Numbered from the stretch's first letter, positions 9,769 through 20,599 are shown. The stretch is 64,000 bases of DNA from an uncultured Rhodopirellula sp. (GCA_964007735.1 CAXGAI010000018.1:1-64000); one strand, 5' to 3'. Program-made: numbers and translations. The notes: a model not told the origin generated them from the letters alone.

Positions 9769-12105
9769 GTGGGGAGAATTTCCTTGATAGATAGCGTTAG
9801 AAAAATTTGGCCCGTGTTGTTTTGCCTAGTTGCGCAGACATATACGACTGTTGTGGTGCGTGCCGAAGACGACTTTCCTTTCTTTGAGACTAAAATCCGC
9901 CCGTTAATGGTTGAGCATTGTTATGAGTGCCATAGCGTCAAGCACGGCGTTGTTGAAGCCAATTTTAATATGGATACTCGCAACGGAATGTTGTCAGGTG
10001 GAGATCGTGGGATTGCTATCGTCGCCGGAAGGCCAGAAGTGAGTCTGATGGTGGAGGCTATCAAATATACTCATGACGAATTAGAGATGCCTCCATCCGG
10101 TCGGTTGGCTGCCCAGGAAATCCAAAATGTCGTCGACTGGATAAGCCGTGGCGCGAAGATGCCGGACGGCGACGACGTCATGCTGCTGTCGACAGACGTT
10201 GATTTTATGCAGGCCCGTGAGCATTGGGCCTTTCGTGAACTCGTTGACAGACGTCCCGCAAAATCGGATAGCGGGATCGTAGACTATTGGATACGGCGTT
10301 TGCAACGTGAGGGTAAGGTTCGGGCGCAGGGAGAAGCAGAAGCGACGGCGTTAATTCGCCGACTGTCATTAACACTCACCGGGTTATTACCGAGTTATCA
10401 GGATGTGCAGAGATATGCTAATGAGCCAAGCAGGGAAATTTACACGCAATTGCTGGCGCAGTATTTGAATAGTCCGCAATATGGCGAGCGTTGGGCACGG
10501 CACTGGCTGGACTTGGTTCGATATACCGACACGACGGCCAGTTGGCTCAAGAGTACTGCTGGTGCCTGGAGATACCGTGATTGGATTGTTAAGTCCTTAA
10601 ACGATGATGTTGCTTATGACCGTTTCGTTAAACTTCAATTCGCGGCTGATCAGATGCCAGATGCTCAAACAGATGACGTGGCAGCTCTTGGTTTGCTTGG
10701 TTTAAGCCCCACATATTGGAAAGAACCTCGTTTAGCGCCTGTCGTCCTGGAAACAGTGATTGCTGAGGAATGGGAAGAGCGAATCGACATGGTAGGCCGC
10801 ACGTTTTTAGGAATGTCGTTAGCGTGTGCCCGTTGTCACGATCATAAGTTTGATCCGGTAAGTCAGAAAGATTACTATTCGTTGGCCGGAGTATTTGCTA
10901 ATACGCGCATTTTGGATATTCCTATACTTTCGGCCTCGGAAAGAGATGGTGTCGTAGCTGCGGTATCAGAGATAGGCGATCTTAATCGGCTTATACATCG
11001 CGAACAACTAGCAAGGAGTACCGCAGATAACAAATCGGTTCATGACGAGCGAATTACTAAAGCTGAAGATAGAATTAAAGAGCTTAAAAAAATTACAGAA
11101 GCAGAAGTAGAGAAAGTGCCTGGTGTTGTCGATGCAAGTATTTCGGTGATTGCTGAAAGTGAGTCCATGTCTAAGGTGGTCTACGATGAGGCGACGATGA
11201 TCGACGTTGCCTTGCAGCACCGAGGTAACCCGGAAACGAAAGGGGAAGTGCTAGAGCGTCGGTTTCTTGAATTGTTCGACGAGTCAGCAACGCGATTTGT
11301 AAAAGGTAGTGGCAGGAGTGAACTGGCGGAAGCGTTGTTTGAACATTCGGGATTTCTCATGGCCCGTGTTATCGTGAATCGGGTTTGGGGTCATCATTTT
11401 GGTCAACATTTGGTGAAAACCCCAAGCAATTTTGGTTTGCAGGGAGCAGACCCTACACATCCTGAATTGCTCGATGCTTTGGCAGTACGGTTCATCGCCA
11501 ATAGGTGGTCTTTGAAGTGGTTGCATCGCACTATTTTGCAGAGCGACACATTTAAGCAGACGAGCCGTTTTCATCAGAAAATGTCAAGCGTGGATCCCGA
11601 CAATCAAATGTACTGGTCGGTGCGTCGGCGTCGCCTTGATGTGGAGGCATGGCGTGATTCGATGTTAAATGTCTCGGGTCGACTTAATCCGCTCATTGGT
11701 GGCCAACCCATTCCACTTAACGATGCAACGAATAATCGACGCACGATTTACGCGCTCATCAAACGGCGAGAATTAGATGATGTCTTGAAGTTGCATGGCT
11801 TCCCGGAACCCACTGGACATAGCCCTAAACGTGAGGCCGTAGATACTCCTCTACAACAGTTATATGCACTGAATAGTGAATTTATTTGGGAGTGTGCGAG
11901 GGCCTTAACGGTCCGGGTTTCTTCTGATGTCGATCAAGACGATATGATTGAAAAGTTATACGAAAAGATTTTTCAGCGTCGACCGACGGAAAACGAAAAG
12001 GATTTGGGGGGCAAGTTCCTTTCCGCTGGAGGAAATCCGAGCGAACGATTAGAACGTTACGTCCATACCCTATTGATTTCGAATGAGTTTGCGTTTGTCG
12101 AGTAA
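9769..12105 (+). CDS. Planctomycete cytochrome c + DUF1549 + DUF1553 protein
   Basis: FFETKIRP..HCYECH, YGERWARHWLDLVRY, CARCHDHKFDP, PTHPELLD. Confidence 0.94.
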   Translation: MGRISLIDSVRKIWPVLFCLVAQTYTTVVVRAEDDFPFFETKIRPLMVEHCYECHSVKHGVVEANFNMDTRNGMLSGGDRGIAIVAGRPEVSLMVEAIKYTHDELEMPPSGRLAAQEIQNVVDWISRGAKMPDGDDVMLLSTDVDFMQAREHWAFRELVDRRPAKSDSGIVDYWIRRLQREGKVRAQGEAEATALIRRLSLTLTGLLPSYQDVQRYANEPSREIYTQLLAQYLNSPQYGERWARHWLDLVRYTDTTASWLKSTAGAWRYRDWIVKSLNDDVAYDRFVKLQFAADQMPDAQTDDVAALGLLGLSPTYWKEPRLAPVVLETVIAEEWEERIDMVGRTFLGMSLACARCHDHKFDPVSQKDYYSLAGVFANTRILDIPILSASERDGVVAAVSEIGDLNRLIHREQLARSTADNKSVHDERITKAEDRIKELKKITEAEVEKVPGVVDASISVIAESESMSKVVYDEATMIDVALQHRGNPETKGEVLERRFLELFDESATRFVKGSGRSELAEALFEHSGFLMARVIVNRVWGHHFGQHLVKTPSNFGLQGADPTHPELLDALAVRFIANRWSLKWLHRTILQSDTFKQTSRFHQKMSSVDPDNQMYWSVRRRRLDVEAWRDSMLNVSGRLNPLIGGQPIPLNDATNNRRTIYALIKRRELDDVLKLHGFPEPTGHSPKREAVDTPLQQLYALNSEFIWECARALTVRVSSDVDQDDMIEKLYEKIFQRRPTENEKDLGGKFLSAGGNPSERLERYVHTLLISNEFAFVE

Positions 12106-12118
12106 ATGAAGGTGGTTA

Positions 12119-13486
12119 TTGATGAATTCGTACTTAAGTCGTCGTGACGCCATTTTGTCGATGGGCGGTGGTTTGGGGGCAACAGCTTTAAGTAGCCTCC
12201 TCGCATCGTCAGCCTGCGCGGATGATGCGATTTCGATTCATCATCCGCCAAAGGTGAAACGCGTCATTCAGTTGTTCATGAACGGGGGAACTTTCCAAGG
12301 CGATTTCTTTGATCCTAAACCAAAACTTAATGAATTTGCTGGGCAGCGTCCGGCGGAAGTGACACTTAGGACCGAACGCAAGACAGGTGGTTTGTTGGAA
12401 TGTCCATTTAAATACAGCAAACATGGAGAATCGGGGCTTGAAGTTAGTGAGTTGTTACCAAAGCTGGCAGGTCATGCAGATGAATTGTGCGTTCTTAGAA
12501 GCGTATATACAGAGAATCCAAACCATGGTCCTGCATTGTTGTTAATGAATAACGGGTCCATTACCCCAACGGTCCCTTCGATGGGGTCATGGATGCTCTA
12601 TGGGTTGGGGACTGAAAACGAAAATCTACCTGGTTATGTAGTGCTTTGTCCTGGCAGGCCGGTTCGTTTTTCCATCCTGTGGAACAGTGCGTTCCTCCCC
12701 TCTGAATTCCAGGGTAGTTATGTCAATCATTCGAAGGTCGACCCCGAAAAGATGATTCCCTTTTTGAAAGGGAAAAGGCAGACGCTTGAGGCTCAAAGGC
12801 AAGATCTCGATTTGTTGGCGGCCCTCAATCAAGAGCATCTGGAATTGCGAGTTAAGGATCCGCGGTTGGAAGGCAGGATCAAGAACCTTGAAACGGCTTT
12901 TCGAATGCAAACCGAAGGTAGTAGAGCATTTGATCTTTCTCAGGAAAGTGAATTGACTCGCACAACCTATGGTGAAGGACATTTCGCAAACGGTTGTCTC
13001 CTGGCGAGACGACTTGTTGAAAGGGGAGTGCGTTTTGTTCAGGTCTATTATGGGAATGGACAGCCTTGGGATACCCATTCGAATCACAATACAGCAGTAA
13101 AGCCGTTGGCGAAATCGATTGATCAACCAATGGCTGCCCTAATCGCCGATCTAAAGCAACGAGGTTTGTTTGAAGATACGCTGATTATATGGGGAGGGGA
13201 GTTTGGTCGAACTCCAGTCTCAGAAAATGGAAATGGTAGAGACCATAATCACTATGGATTAACCATGATGTTAGCTGGTGGCGGAGTGCGGGGTGGTATG
13301 GCTTATGGAGCTACAGACGACTTTGGGTTCCGCGCGGTTGAGAAGCGAATGCACGTAAATGACGTTCACGCGACCGTCCTGCACCTATTAGGAATTGACC
13401 ACGAACGCCTCACCTATCGTTATGCCGGACGGGACTTTAGGCTCACTGACGTCGGTGGTAGCGTTGCAACAGATATATTATCGTAA
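12119..13486 (+). CDS. DUF1501 family protein
   Basis: SRRDAI Tat motif, FMNGG...FDPKP, WDTH, GEFGRTP, GRDH, DFRLTDV. Confidence 0.95.
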   Translation: MMNSYLSRRDAILSMGGGLGATALSSLLASSACADDAISIHHPPKVKRVIQLFMNGGTFQGDFFDPKPKLNEFAGQRPAEVTLRTERKTGGLLECPFKYSKHGESGLEVSELLPKLAGHADELCVLRSVYTENPNHGPALLLMNNGSITPTVPSMGSWMLYGLGTENENLPGYVVLCPGRPVRFSILWNSAFLPSEFQGSYVNHSKVDPEKMIPFLKGKRQTLEAQRQDLDLLAALNQEHLELRVKDPRLEGRIKNLETAFRMQTEGSRAFDLSQESELTRTTYGEGHFANGCLLARRLVERGVRFVQVYYGNGQPWDTHSNHNTAVKPLAKSIDQPMAALIADLKQRGLFEDTLIIWGGEFGRTPVSENGNGRDHNHYGLTMMLAGGGVRGGMAYGATDDFGFRAVEKRMHVNDVHATVLHLLGIDHERLTYRYAGRDFRLTDVGGSVATDILS

Positions 13487-13521
13487 TACAAACGGAAAAC
13501 TAGAATTCGGAAAGATATCAA

Positions 13522-14424
13522 ATGAACAGGATTGGAATAGTCTCGGTTACTTTGTTGGTATTGGCATGTGTGTCAGAATTACGTGCTGGTGAACTGTATA
13601 AGGCGACACTCTTGACACAAACAGGGGAGTTTACCTCGGGCATTGAAGGACCGGCAGCGGACAACGAAGGCAATGTTTACGCAGTCAACTTTGGAAAACA
13701 AGGTACGATTGGTCTGGTTGACGGGAAAGGAAAAGGTAAGTCGGTTCATACGTTACCCGAGGGATCTGTTGGCAACGGTATTCGGTTCGATAAACGCGGG
13801 AACATGTATATCGCGGACTATCCAAAACACAACGTTCTCCGCGTGGATGCAAAAAGTGGTAACTTGTCGGTATTTGCTCATGAACCGGAGATGAATCAGC
13901 CGAATGATCTCGCGATCGATGCAAATGGAAATCTATATGCCAGTGACCCCAACTGGGGGGCAAGTACGGGCCAGCTTTGGAGAATTTCTAACAAGGGGGT
14001 TGTGACGAAGTTGGCCGGTAACATGGGAACAACAAATGGAATCGAGGTTAGTCCGGATGGTAAAAAGCTATATGTGAATGAGTCCGTGCAACGTAATGTT
14101 TGGCAGTTTGATCTGTCGAAAGACGGTGGGATTAGTAATAAGCAACTATTGCGAAAGTTTGATAATTTCGGTTTTGATGGAATGCGTTGTGATGTGAAGG
14201 GGAACCTGTACATTACTCGGCATGGTAAAGGAACCGTGGTAATTATTGATCCGAAGGGTGAAATAATAAAAGAAATTGATGTGTTGGGTAAGCATCCCAC
14301 CAATTTGGCTTTTGGGGGGAAGGATGGTAAGACAGTCTTCGTTACTGAAGCGGAAAAGACCCGTCTAGTAACCTTTCGGGTTGAGTATCCAGGAGCGACG
14401 TGGTTCAGAAATTACGGCAAATAA
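13522..14424 (+). CDS. SMP-30/gluconolactonase family beta-propeller
   Basis: IEGPA, PNDL, TNGIEVSPDG, DGMRCD, PTNLAFGG; signal peptide. Confidence 0.92.
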   Translation: MNRIGIVSVTLLVLACVSELRAGELYKATLLTQTGEFTSGIEGPAADNEGNVYAVNFGKQGTIGLVDGKGKGKSVHTLPEGSVGNGIRFDKRGNMYIADYPKHNVLRVDAKSGNLSVFAHEPEMNQPNDLAIDANGNLYASDPNWGASTGQLWRISNKGVVTKLAGNMGTTNGIEVSPDGKKLYVNESVQRNVWQFDLSKDGGISNKQLLRKFDNFGFDGMRCDVKGNLYITRHGKGTVVIIDPKGEIIKEIDVLGKHPTNLAFGGKDGKTVFVTEAEKTRLVTFRVEYPGATWFRNYGK

Positions 14425-14483
14425 GAAATCAGGCCCATTCTAGGCAATGATAGGAAAGAATGGGAAGGCATTCTCTTTATTAC

Positions 14484-16619
14484 TTAGTCGAAGTGAAGAT
14501 CAACATCTACGATGGACTTTACAAGCCATTTCCCGTCTTGGAGTGTGGTGGCGCGCAGGGTAACGGGAACTGTTCCGGAGAGTCGCGTATCCGTTTTGGT
14601 GTTAACTAAAAGGGCATGATGTTGCTGGTCAGCGGACAAAACCACGGGCTCGCAATAGATCAGGCCCCGTAGAGGTTCCGGCATTTCCAGGTCGAGGGTG
14701 ACGCTCGTTTTTAGCTTGCTGCTGCGGAGGATGTTAAGTGGGATTTCAACACTGTCGCCTGGAATAATGGTGAGTTCTCCTGCACTATGGTTAAGTTTAA
14801 GTAGTGCCCCTTCCATGATCATCGTGATGCGGGCATCCGCATTTTTGCCGATATGTCTCACATTACCCTTAGGGTCGGTGACTTCCCCGTATCCGTATAC
14901 CACCATGCGAGTGGTGCGATCCGTGGTTAACCACTCTGGCATAAAGCACGGGTAAAATATTTCGCGTTCGCCGTCAGCCACTTCAAGGATTGGGCCCGTT
15001 ATACCCATCCGATGACGAGATTGCTTGCTGGCCATCACCAAGCGTACAATTCCTGTGTACCCTTCATTTCGATTAAGAATAAAGGGGGCCGGGTAGGTTG
15101 TGCCGCGTGACACAACGCGCTGGCGGTTTTTGTCGATTAGATTAAGCTCAAACGGTGCAGGCATTGTTAAAGCAATTAGGATTGACTCGGTTTGGTTTGA
15201 ATCGAGATCTGTCGAGGCTAAGTTGCCGGATAAAGGAGCTTTTGCGACTACTGAAAGAGCTGCGACGCCGGTCTCTGTGTTGGCCGCAGAACGTCCAATA
15301 ACGCGAACAGCTTGAGCCACCGTTGCCGTATCAGCTGCAACCTCCAAAACGATATTCGCTTTGCCAGCACCGCCTTTGATGATGGGAGCATCCCCAGAAA
15401 TAGTGATCCCCGTCGGGAGTTCTTCCAGTCCCAAAGTTACATCCTCTTTGAATCCACCTGTAGATGTGATAGTGACAGGGATAGTAAGCTTGTCACCAAG
15501 GTGAGCCTGAAACGTCTGGGAGGTTGCCAGAGAAAATCCTGGCTGTTCTTCTTTGATCGTGATTTCATACTGGTGATTTTCACCGCCAATGGAATACCCT
15601 GTTACAATCGCTCGGATGGTTGTGTCGGTTGATGCTTTGTAAGTCAGTGACGCATCGACGGTAGAGGCAGTGAAATCATCATTCTGGGCCAGAGAAATTC
15701 CTTCACTGTCGATCAATTCCAGTTGGAGGTCCAAGTCTCCACCGATCGCCTGACTACGGGCATCAATGCGGTAGGTTTTATTTGCCGTGACCTCGTAAGC
15801 ATGTTCCATCCTTCCGGACTCCGGGAGGGTCTGGGAGTTGCTCTTAGGTGCATTTGCATTGTCGCTGGACAGGCCGAGTCGATAAACGAAGTGAGCCGCT
15901 CCCCGGAAGTCCGCTTCATGAACAGCAATTGAGTAGTTTGAGCCGGCCTTAGCTTTGAAGCGGATTTGAAGGTCGCGGCCTTCGGTGTCCACTTCATCGA
16001 CTAGTGTTTGTTGTTCTGTGTCGTATACCTGAATCGCGAGGTTAATGTCGCTTCCAAGTCGGCGAGCCCAGCAGTCGATCTGGATTTGCTGGTCGGCCTT
16101 CGAGTGCAGGTGATAGATGTCTTTTTCCGCTAATCGAGAGAGTCGTCCGGAAACGCCAATCGGCAGCGTAGTAATCTTCATGGGTTCGTTGCGGAAACGT
16201 GTTTCAGTGATTTCCTGATGCTTGCTGACAAGAAATGTTGCCGTAGAAGTCGCGCCATTCGCATTCGCCATCTGCCAAAATACGAGACCGGTTGCGTGGG
16301 TTTCAGGTAGGGTTATGTGTGCGGGAAATTCTCGAGGCAGAGGTAATGCCGGGGCGAAGATGCGCGGACCTTCCCAGTATGGACGAGGTGGTACAAGATG
16401 TGGGCCTAAAGGCCCACGAAGACTTAACTCGGCCGGTGAATCGTGAACAAATACCTGCATGTCGGGGGTTAGATCAAAGCCACCGAGTTGAACTTTGGTT
16501 GTTTGTCCTCGTTGGACCGCTGGCGGAAAGAGATAGCCTAATGTAGGGACTTGACCGAAGGCTGGTGCCGTAAAAACGGCATAAAGAAAACTCAGTAAAG
16601 AAAAACAAAATGATCGCAT
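14484..16619 (-). CDS. Secreted PPC (pre-peptidase C-terminal)-domain/Ig-like repeat protein
   Basis: Signal peptide; LFPPAVQRG start; repeated beta-sandwich units (DLQLELIDSEGISLAQNDD). Follows DUF1549/1553 and DUF1501 genes on the same strand. Confidence 0.75.
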   Translation of the reverse strand: MRSFCFSLLSFLYAVFTAPAFGQVPTLGYLFPPAVQRGQTTKVQLGGFDLTPDMQVFVHDSPAELSLRGPLGPHLVPPRPYWEGPRIFAPALPLPREFPAHITLPETHATGLVFWQMANANGATSTATFLVSKHQEITETRFRNEPMKITTLPIGVSGRLSRLAEKDIYHLHSKADQQIQIDCWARRLGSDINLAIQVYDTEQQTLVDEVDTEGRDLQIRFKAKAGSNYSIAVHEADFRGAAHFVYRLGLSSDNANAPKSNSQTLPESGRMEHAYEVTANKTYRIDARSQAIGGDLDLQLELIDSEGISLAQNDDFTASTVDASLTYKASTDTTIRAIVTGYSIGGENHQYEITIKEEQPGFSLATSQTFQAHLGDKLTIPVTITSTGGFKEDVTLGLEELPTGITISGDAPIIKGGAGKANIVLEVAADTATVAQAVRVIGRSAANTETGVAALSVVAKAPLSGNLASTDLDSNQTESILIALTMPAPFELNLIDKNRQRVVSRGTTYPAPFILNRNEGYTGIVRLVMASKQSRHRMGITGPILEVADGEREIFYPCFMPEWLTTDRTTRMVVYGYGEVTDPKGNVRHIGKNADARITMIMEGALLKLNHSAGELTIIPGDSVEIPLNILRSSKLKTSVTLDLEMPEPLRGLIYCEPVVLSADQQHHALLVNTKTDTRLSGTVPVTLRATTLQDGKWLVKSIVDVDLHFD

Positions 16620-16649
16620 CTTAAAGTGTTTCTCCTGACAGGGTGTTTG

Positions 16650-17999
16650 CTACGCGATTAGTTCTGAGATCATTGATCCGCCATTCACTAATGGTACCGG
16701 CCTTCCGAGTGGAGTCTCATAGATCTTAGCAGGGTTAATGCCCATTAGGCTAAGAATTGTATGGAGAAGGTCCTGGATGCTGTATGGAGTTGTTGTCGGA
16801 TAGCTAGCTGTCTTGTCGCTAGCGCCGATGACTGTCCCTGGTTTGGTACCGCCACCTGCGAAAATTACGGCTTGACACACTGACCAGTGATCGCGTCCAG
16901 CATCTTTGTTAATGCGGGGTGTGCGCCCCATTTCTCCCATCATGACGACAAGCGTGTCCTCCAGCATGCCACGTTGTTCTAAATCTTCGATCAGGGCGCT
17001 AAAGGCTTGGTCGGTTGGTGGAACGAGAGCTTTTTCATGGCCGGTGAAGTTGTCAACGTGCGTGTCCCAGCTGCCATGCGAAATTCCAATGAATCGGGAT
17101 CCTGCCTCTACTAGTCGTCGTGCGAGAAGACTGCACTGTCCTATAGACGTCATTCCATACCGTTCTCGAACAGCTTCATTTTCATTTTGTATTTTGAATG
17201 CCTTTTTAGCTTGGGGGCTGGTAACTAGTTCGAGCGCCTTCTCATAGTAGGTTTGCATGGTGGCGGCCTTACCGTCGCTTTTACCGCCAGCTCCCAGCGT
17301 ATCGGCGCCCTGTAATAGGCGTTTACGGCGTTCAAAACGAGAGGCATTAACATCTTTAGCGATATTCAGGTCGCGAACTTCAAATGTTGGCTCAACGGGA
17401 TCAGTTTCAATAGTAAATGGCGCGTACTGAGCTCCGAAGTAACCAGGTCCGCCGGCGCCTAGTGGTTCTGGTACTTCGATATAAGGTGGCACCGCCCCTC
17501 GATGCCCCAATTCCTTAGAGATGATTGAACCGAGCGAGGGATAGATCTCATTAAAAGGAATTCCTTTTGCCTGACCATCAGGGAAATTCGGAGCATAACC
17601 AGTCAAAACCCAATGACGTCCCGTTTGGTGCGCGTTGTCGCCATGGCTATGGCTTCGCATGATTGTATATTTATCAGCGATTTTACTACAGTACGGCATG
17701 ATATTACCGATCTGTGTACCGGGTACATTTGTGGAGATAGGGTGGAATGGCCCACGGATTTCATCTGGAGCGTCCGGCTTAAGGTCCCACATGTCGATGT
17801 GGCTTGGTCCGCCTTCGAGCATGATGAAGATACAAGACTTTGCCTTCGCACTTTTTTCGGACGCCGCATTCGCCTGCATTTCAAGTAAATTCGGGAGAGA
17901 CAATCCACCAAACAAACCGGTTGCCCCAACGGTTAAGGCATCACGGCGTGAAACTTTACTGCAATTGGTAGTTAGATTACCAAAAGGAATGTGAAGCAT
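16650..17999 (-). CDS. DUF1501 family protein
   Basis: Start taken at ATG 17999 (GGAG upstream; ORF track starts at 18041). SRRDAL, LEGGPSHIDMWDLKP, WDTH, GEMGRTP, GRDHW. Confidence 0.95.
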   Translation of the reverse strand: MLHIPFGNLTTNCSKVSRRDALTVGATGLFGGLSLPNLLEMQANAASEKSAKAKSCIFIMLEGGPSHIDMWDLKPDAPDEIRGPFHPISTNVPGTQIGNIMPYCSKIADKYTIMRSHSHGDNAHQTGRHWVLTGYAPNFPDGQAKGIPFNEIYPSLGSIISKELGHRGAVPPYIEVPEPLGAGGPGYFGAQYAPFTIETDPVEPTFEVRDLNIAKDVNASRFERRKRLLQGADTLGAGGKSDGKAATMQTYYEKALELVTSPQAKKAFKIQNENEAVRERYGMTSIGQCSLLARRLVEAGSRFIGISHGSWDTHVDNFTGHEKALVPPTDQAFSALIEDLEQRGMLEDTLVVMMGEMGRTPRINKDAGRDHWSVCQAVIFAGGGTKPGTVIGASDKTASYPTTTPYSIQDLLHTILSLMGINPAKIYETPLGRPVPLVNGGSMISELIA

Positions 18000-18064
18000 T
18001 GTTAAAACTCCGGTTGAAAATATGGCATCAAACATTCGCAAAGAGATCTGTTTGCACCACCCTA

Positions 18065-18073
18065 ATTATACCA
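18065..18073 (-). promoter_or_regulatory. Extended -10 promoter element (TGGTATAAT) upstream of the DUF1501-PPC genes
   Basis: The minus strand reads GGTGG-TATAAT in the intergenic gap between the DUF1549/1553 and DUF1501 genes. Confidence 0.5.
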
Positions 18074-18142
18074 CCTACCTACGGATCTTACCGCGTAATC
18101 TGCTTTTGTGTCGAGATCGGGATATACGACACGCCCCTCAAT

Positions 18143-20599
18143 TTAGTGGTTGAAAACGAATTCTCGAGAATTGAGCAGAGCCCAAATGATATCTTCAACA
18201 GCTTCCTGACGTGATACGTCAGGTTCAGTAAATGCTGTCCGCATCAGTTCGAACTCTTTTTCATTTGGAAATCTACTGAAACAGGCTAGGTAAAGAGTTT
18301 CAATAATTTCATCGTTAGTGGCCTGCGATTTTGCAAGGTGGCGGGCTGTTCCTTGCCGATGCCGGATTTTAGCAATTGATTCCGGAGCATTCATAAGATG
18401 GAGGGCCTGGGCAATGCTAGGGTCGGAGCCTCGTTCGCATTCACAGACACTCACACGTTGTGGTTTACCAAATACCCGGAAGAAATAACTCGGCATGCGA
18501 TTATCCCAGATTTCAATCGCCCGATATCCCTCTGGCCAACCATTGAATTGTTCCGGAATGCCAGTAATCTGAGAGATCGCATCAAGCAGTACTTCTGCAG
18601 GCAAACTTCGCCAGTTCGCATGCGAAAAGTTCTGACGATCCTGCAAATTCGCCTCGTTTGTAAGGGAAGATAGTTGATAAGTAGCACTATTTAATATTAA
18701 GGTCGACAGTTTCTTTAGATCGAAGTTATTGTTTTTCAGGTAGGTTGTAAGGTATTCCATTAACGGTTCGTTGCTAGCCGGATTCGTTTCACGGATGTCA
18801 TCGACAGGATCCACCAACCCCCGACCAAAGTAGTGAGCCCAGAGGCGATTGATGATCATTGGTGCCAGGAAAAGGTTATCTTTGTCTGTCATCCAGGCCG
18901 CCAAGGCGTGCCGCCGCGTGCTGAAAGCGGATTCCGACTGGGTATCGGATTGAACAGCAGGAGTTCCCAAGCCACCAAAAGGAATGGTCTGACCTGTGCG
19001 AGGGTGTTTTAAATCAACTCCACCATCGTCGTAGATTTTAGTGCCAGACGCTGGTAGAGGTTTGTTTTTTATGCCGGAAAAGAATCCTGCAAATGCAAAG
19101 TAGTCTTCCTGGCCCCAACGCTCGAACGGATGTTGGTGACACTGTGCACACTCGAGCCTGACGCCCAGGAAAACCTGGCTAACACTCCGAGCCAGTTTTT
19201 CAGGATCATTATGGACAAGATACATAGCCGCGGCTGATTCACTGTTCGTATTTCCACGGGCTGTCACGATATCACTTACAAATTCATCATATGGTCGGTT
19301 TACCTGGAATTGAGTTCGAAGCCAGCGGGTCATCGCAATCGTTCCGGAAGGTTTGATGATCTCACGGTCCACGCGTAGGATGTCAGCCCATTTCATAGCC
19401 CAATAGTCTGCATATTCTGGACGATGGAGGAGTCGCTGGATTAACGCCGCACGTTTTTCTGGAGAGGGGTCACTGAGAAACAACCTGGCCTCATCGCCGG
19501 TGGGTAATGTACCAATAGTGTCCAGATATACTCGGCGAAGAAAAACAGAGTCATCTGCGATAACGCTTGGTTGGATTCCGAGGTCTTTCAGACGTGTCCA
19601 AACAAGATCGTCTATTTCATTTTGCGGAGGGGGAGGGGTGACTACGAAACGTTGTGGTAATCGGATTCTGGCGGTTTCAATTTGTCCTCGGTAGCGAACG
19701 AGAATAGCGGCTTCTCCCGGGACATCATCGACATGAACCCAACCGTCTTCGTCGGGTCGAGCTACGGCTTCTGTATTTGAGAAAAATTCAGCTTCCCTTG
19801 TGACACACTGCCGATTTCCGCTGCTATCAACGGCGTACACCTGTAGTTGGTGTCCGGTGTTCGCTTCAACTTCTAGTGTTTGCGGATAAACTTCAAGCCG
19901 CTGGATTTGATTGTGATCAACCGTGTCGAGTGAGGCACCTTCTTTGATCCAGCGGTTTAGTTGCTGGTACCAGAGTCCATTGACCGGAATCTTCCGCCCA
20001 CCTCCGTGCGGTAGGAGGCCCGTTGCTTTACGTAGTAACAGGCTTGTATCAGGAGCGGCGATATTGATTCGTCGGCCACGTCCATGACGCGTAATAGAGT
20101 CATGATCAAACGCGTCATCGAATGCAAACACACTTAGCTTGAACCCGTTTTGTCCTTCCGCTTTGCCATGGCAACCACCGGAGTTACAGGCCGCCTTGGT
20201 GAGGATGGGTTGGATATCTCCACGGAAGCTGACGGGTATTGGATCGCTGATTCCCTGGACCTTGACGGGTATTGTTTTAGCCCAATCAGCCCCACGTACT
20301 TCGACGGTGGTTTGTCCTTCACGATTAGGTGTAATCACACCGCGGGAATTCACGCTCACGATCATGGTGTCAGAACTTGTGTAGTCGACAGTGCGTGTTC
20401 GATCTGAAGTGCGGCCACTTTCCAGTAATTGAGTTACTACCAACTGCTGAGAACTTTCAGGGCCTGTTAGGAGTACGTTGTTAGGAAAAACAACGGGGGG
20501 TGATTCTGCATGTAGGAAAAGTGGGCCTAGTAATGAGGTTGCTACCACTATAGCGAGCGTTCGGAACGGTAAAATCGGATTGTATTGTGGTCTTGCCAT
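18143..20599 (-). CDS. DUF1549/DUF1553 protein with N-terminal Ig-like domains
   Basis: Start taken at ATG 20599 (ORF track starts at 20617). Ig-like repeats (YTSSDTMIVSVNSRG), CNSGGCHGK, FLRRVYLDTIG, CAQCHQHP, CECER, WALLNSREFVFNH. Confidence 0.93.
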   Translation of the reverse strand: MARPQYNPILPFRTLAIVVATSLLGPLFLHAESPPVVFPNNVLLTGPESSQQLVVTQLLESGRTSDRTRTVDYTSSDTMIVSVNSRGVITPNREGQTTVEVRGADWAKTIPVKVQGISDPIPVSFRGDIQPILTKAACNSGGCHGKAEGQNGFKLSVFAFDDAFDHDSITRHGRGRRINIAAPDTSLLLRKATGLLPHGGGRKIPVNGLWYQQLNRWIKEGASLDTVDHNQIQRLEVYPQTLEVEANTGHQLQVYAVDSSGNRQCVTREAEFFSNTEAVARPDEDGWVHVDDVPGEAAILVRYRGQIETARIRLPQRFVVTPPPPQNEIDDLVWTRLKDLGIQPSVIADDSVFLRRVYLDTIGTLPTGDEARLFLSDPSPEKRAALIQRLLHRPEYADYWAMKWADILRVDREIIKPSGTIAMTRWLRTQFQVNRPYDEFVSDIVTARGNTNSESAAAMYLVHNDPEKLARSVSQVFLGVRLECAQCHQHPFERWGQEDYFAFAGFFSGIKNKPLPASGTKIYDDGGVDLKHPRTGQTIPFGGLGTPAVQSDTQSESAFSTRRHALAAWMTDKDNLFLAPMIINRLWAHYFGRGLVDPVDDIRETNPASNEPLMEYLTTYLKNNNFDLKKLSTLILNSATYQLSSLTNEANLQDRQNFSHANWRSLPAEVLLDAISQITGIPEQFNGWPEGYRAIEIWDNRMPSYFFRVFGKPQRVSVCECERGSDPSIAQALHLMNAPESIAKIRHRQGTARHLAKSQATNDEIIETLYLACFSRFPNEKEFELMRTAFTEPDVSRQEAVEDIIWALLNSREFVFNH

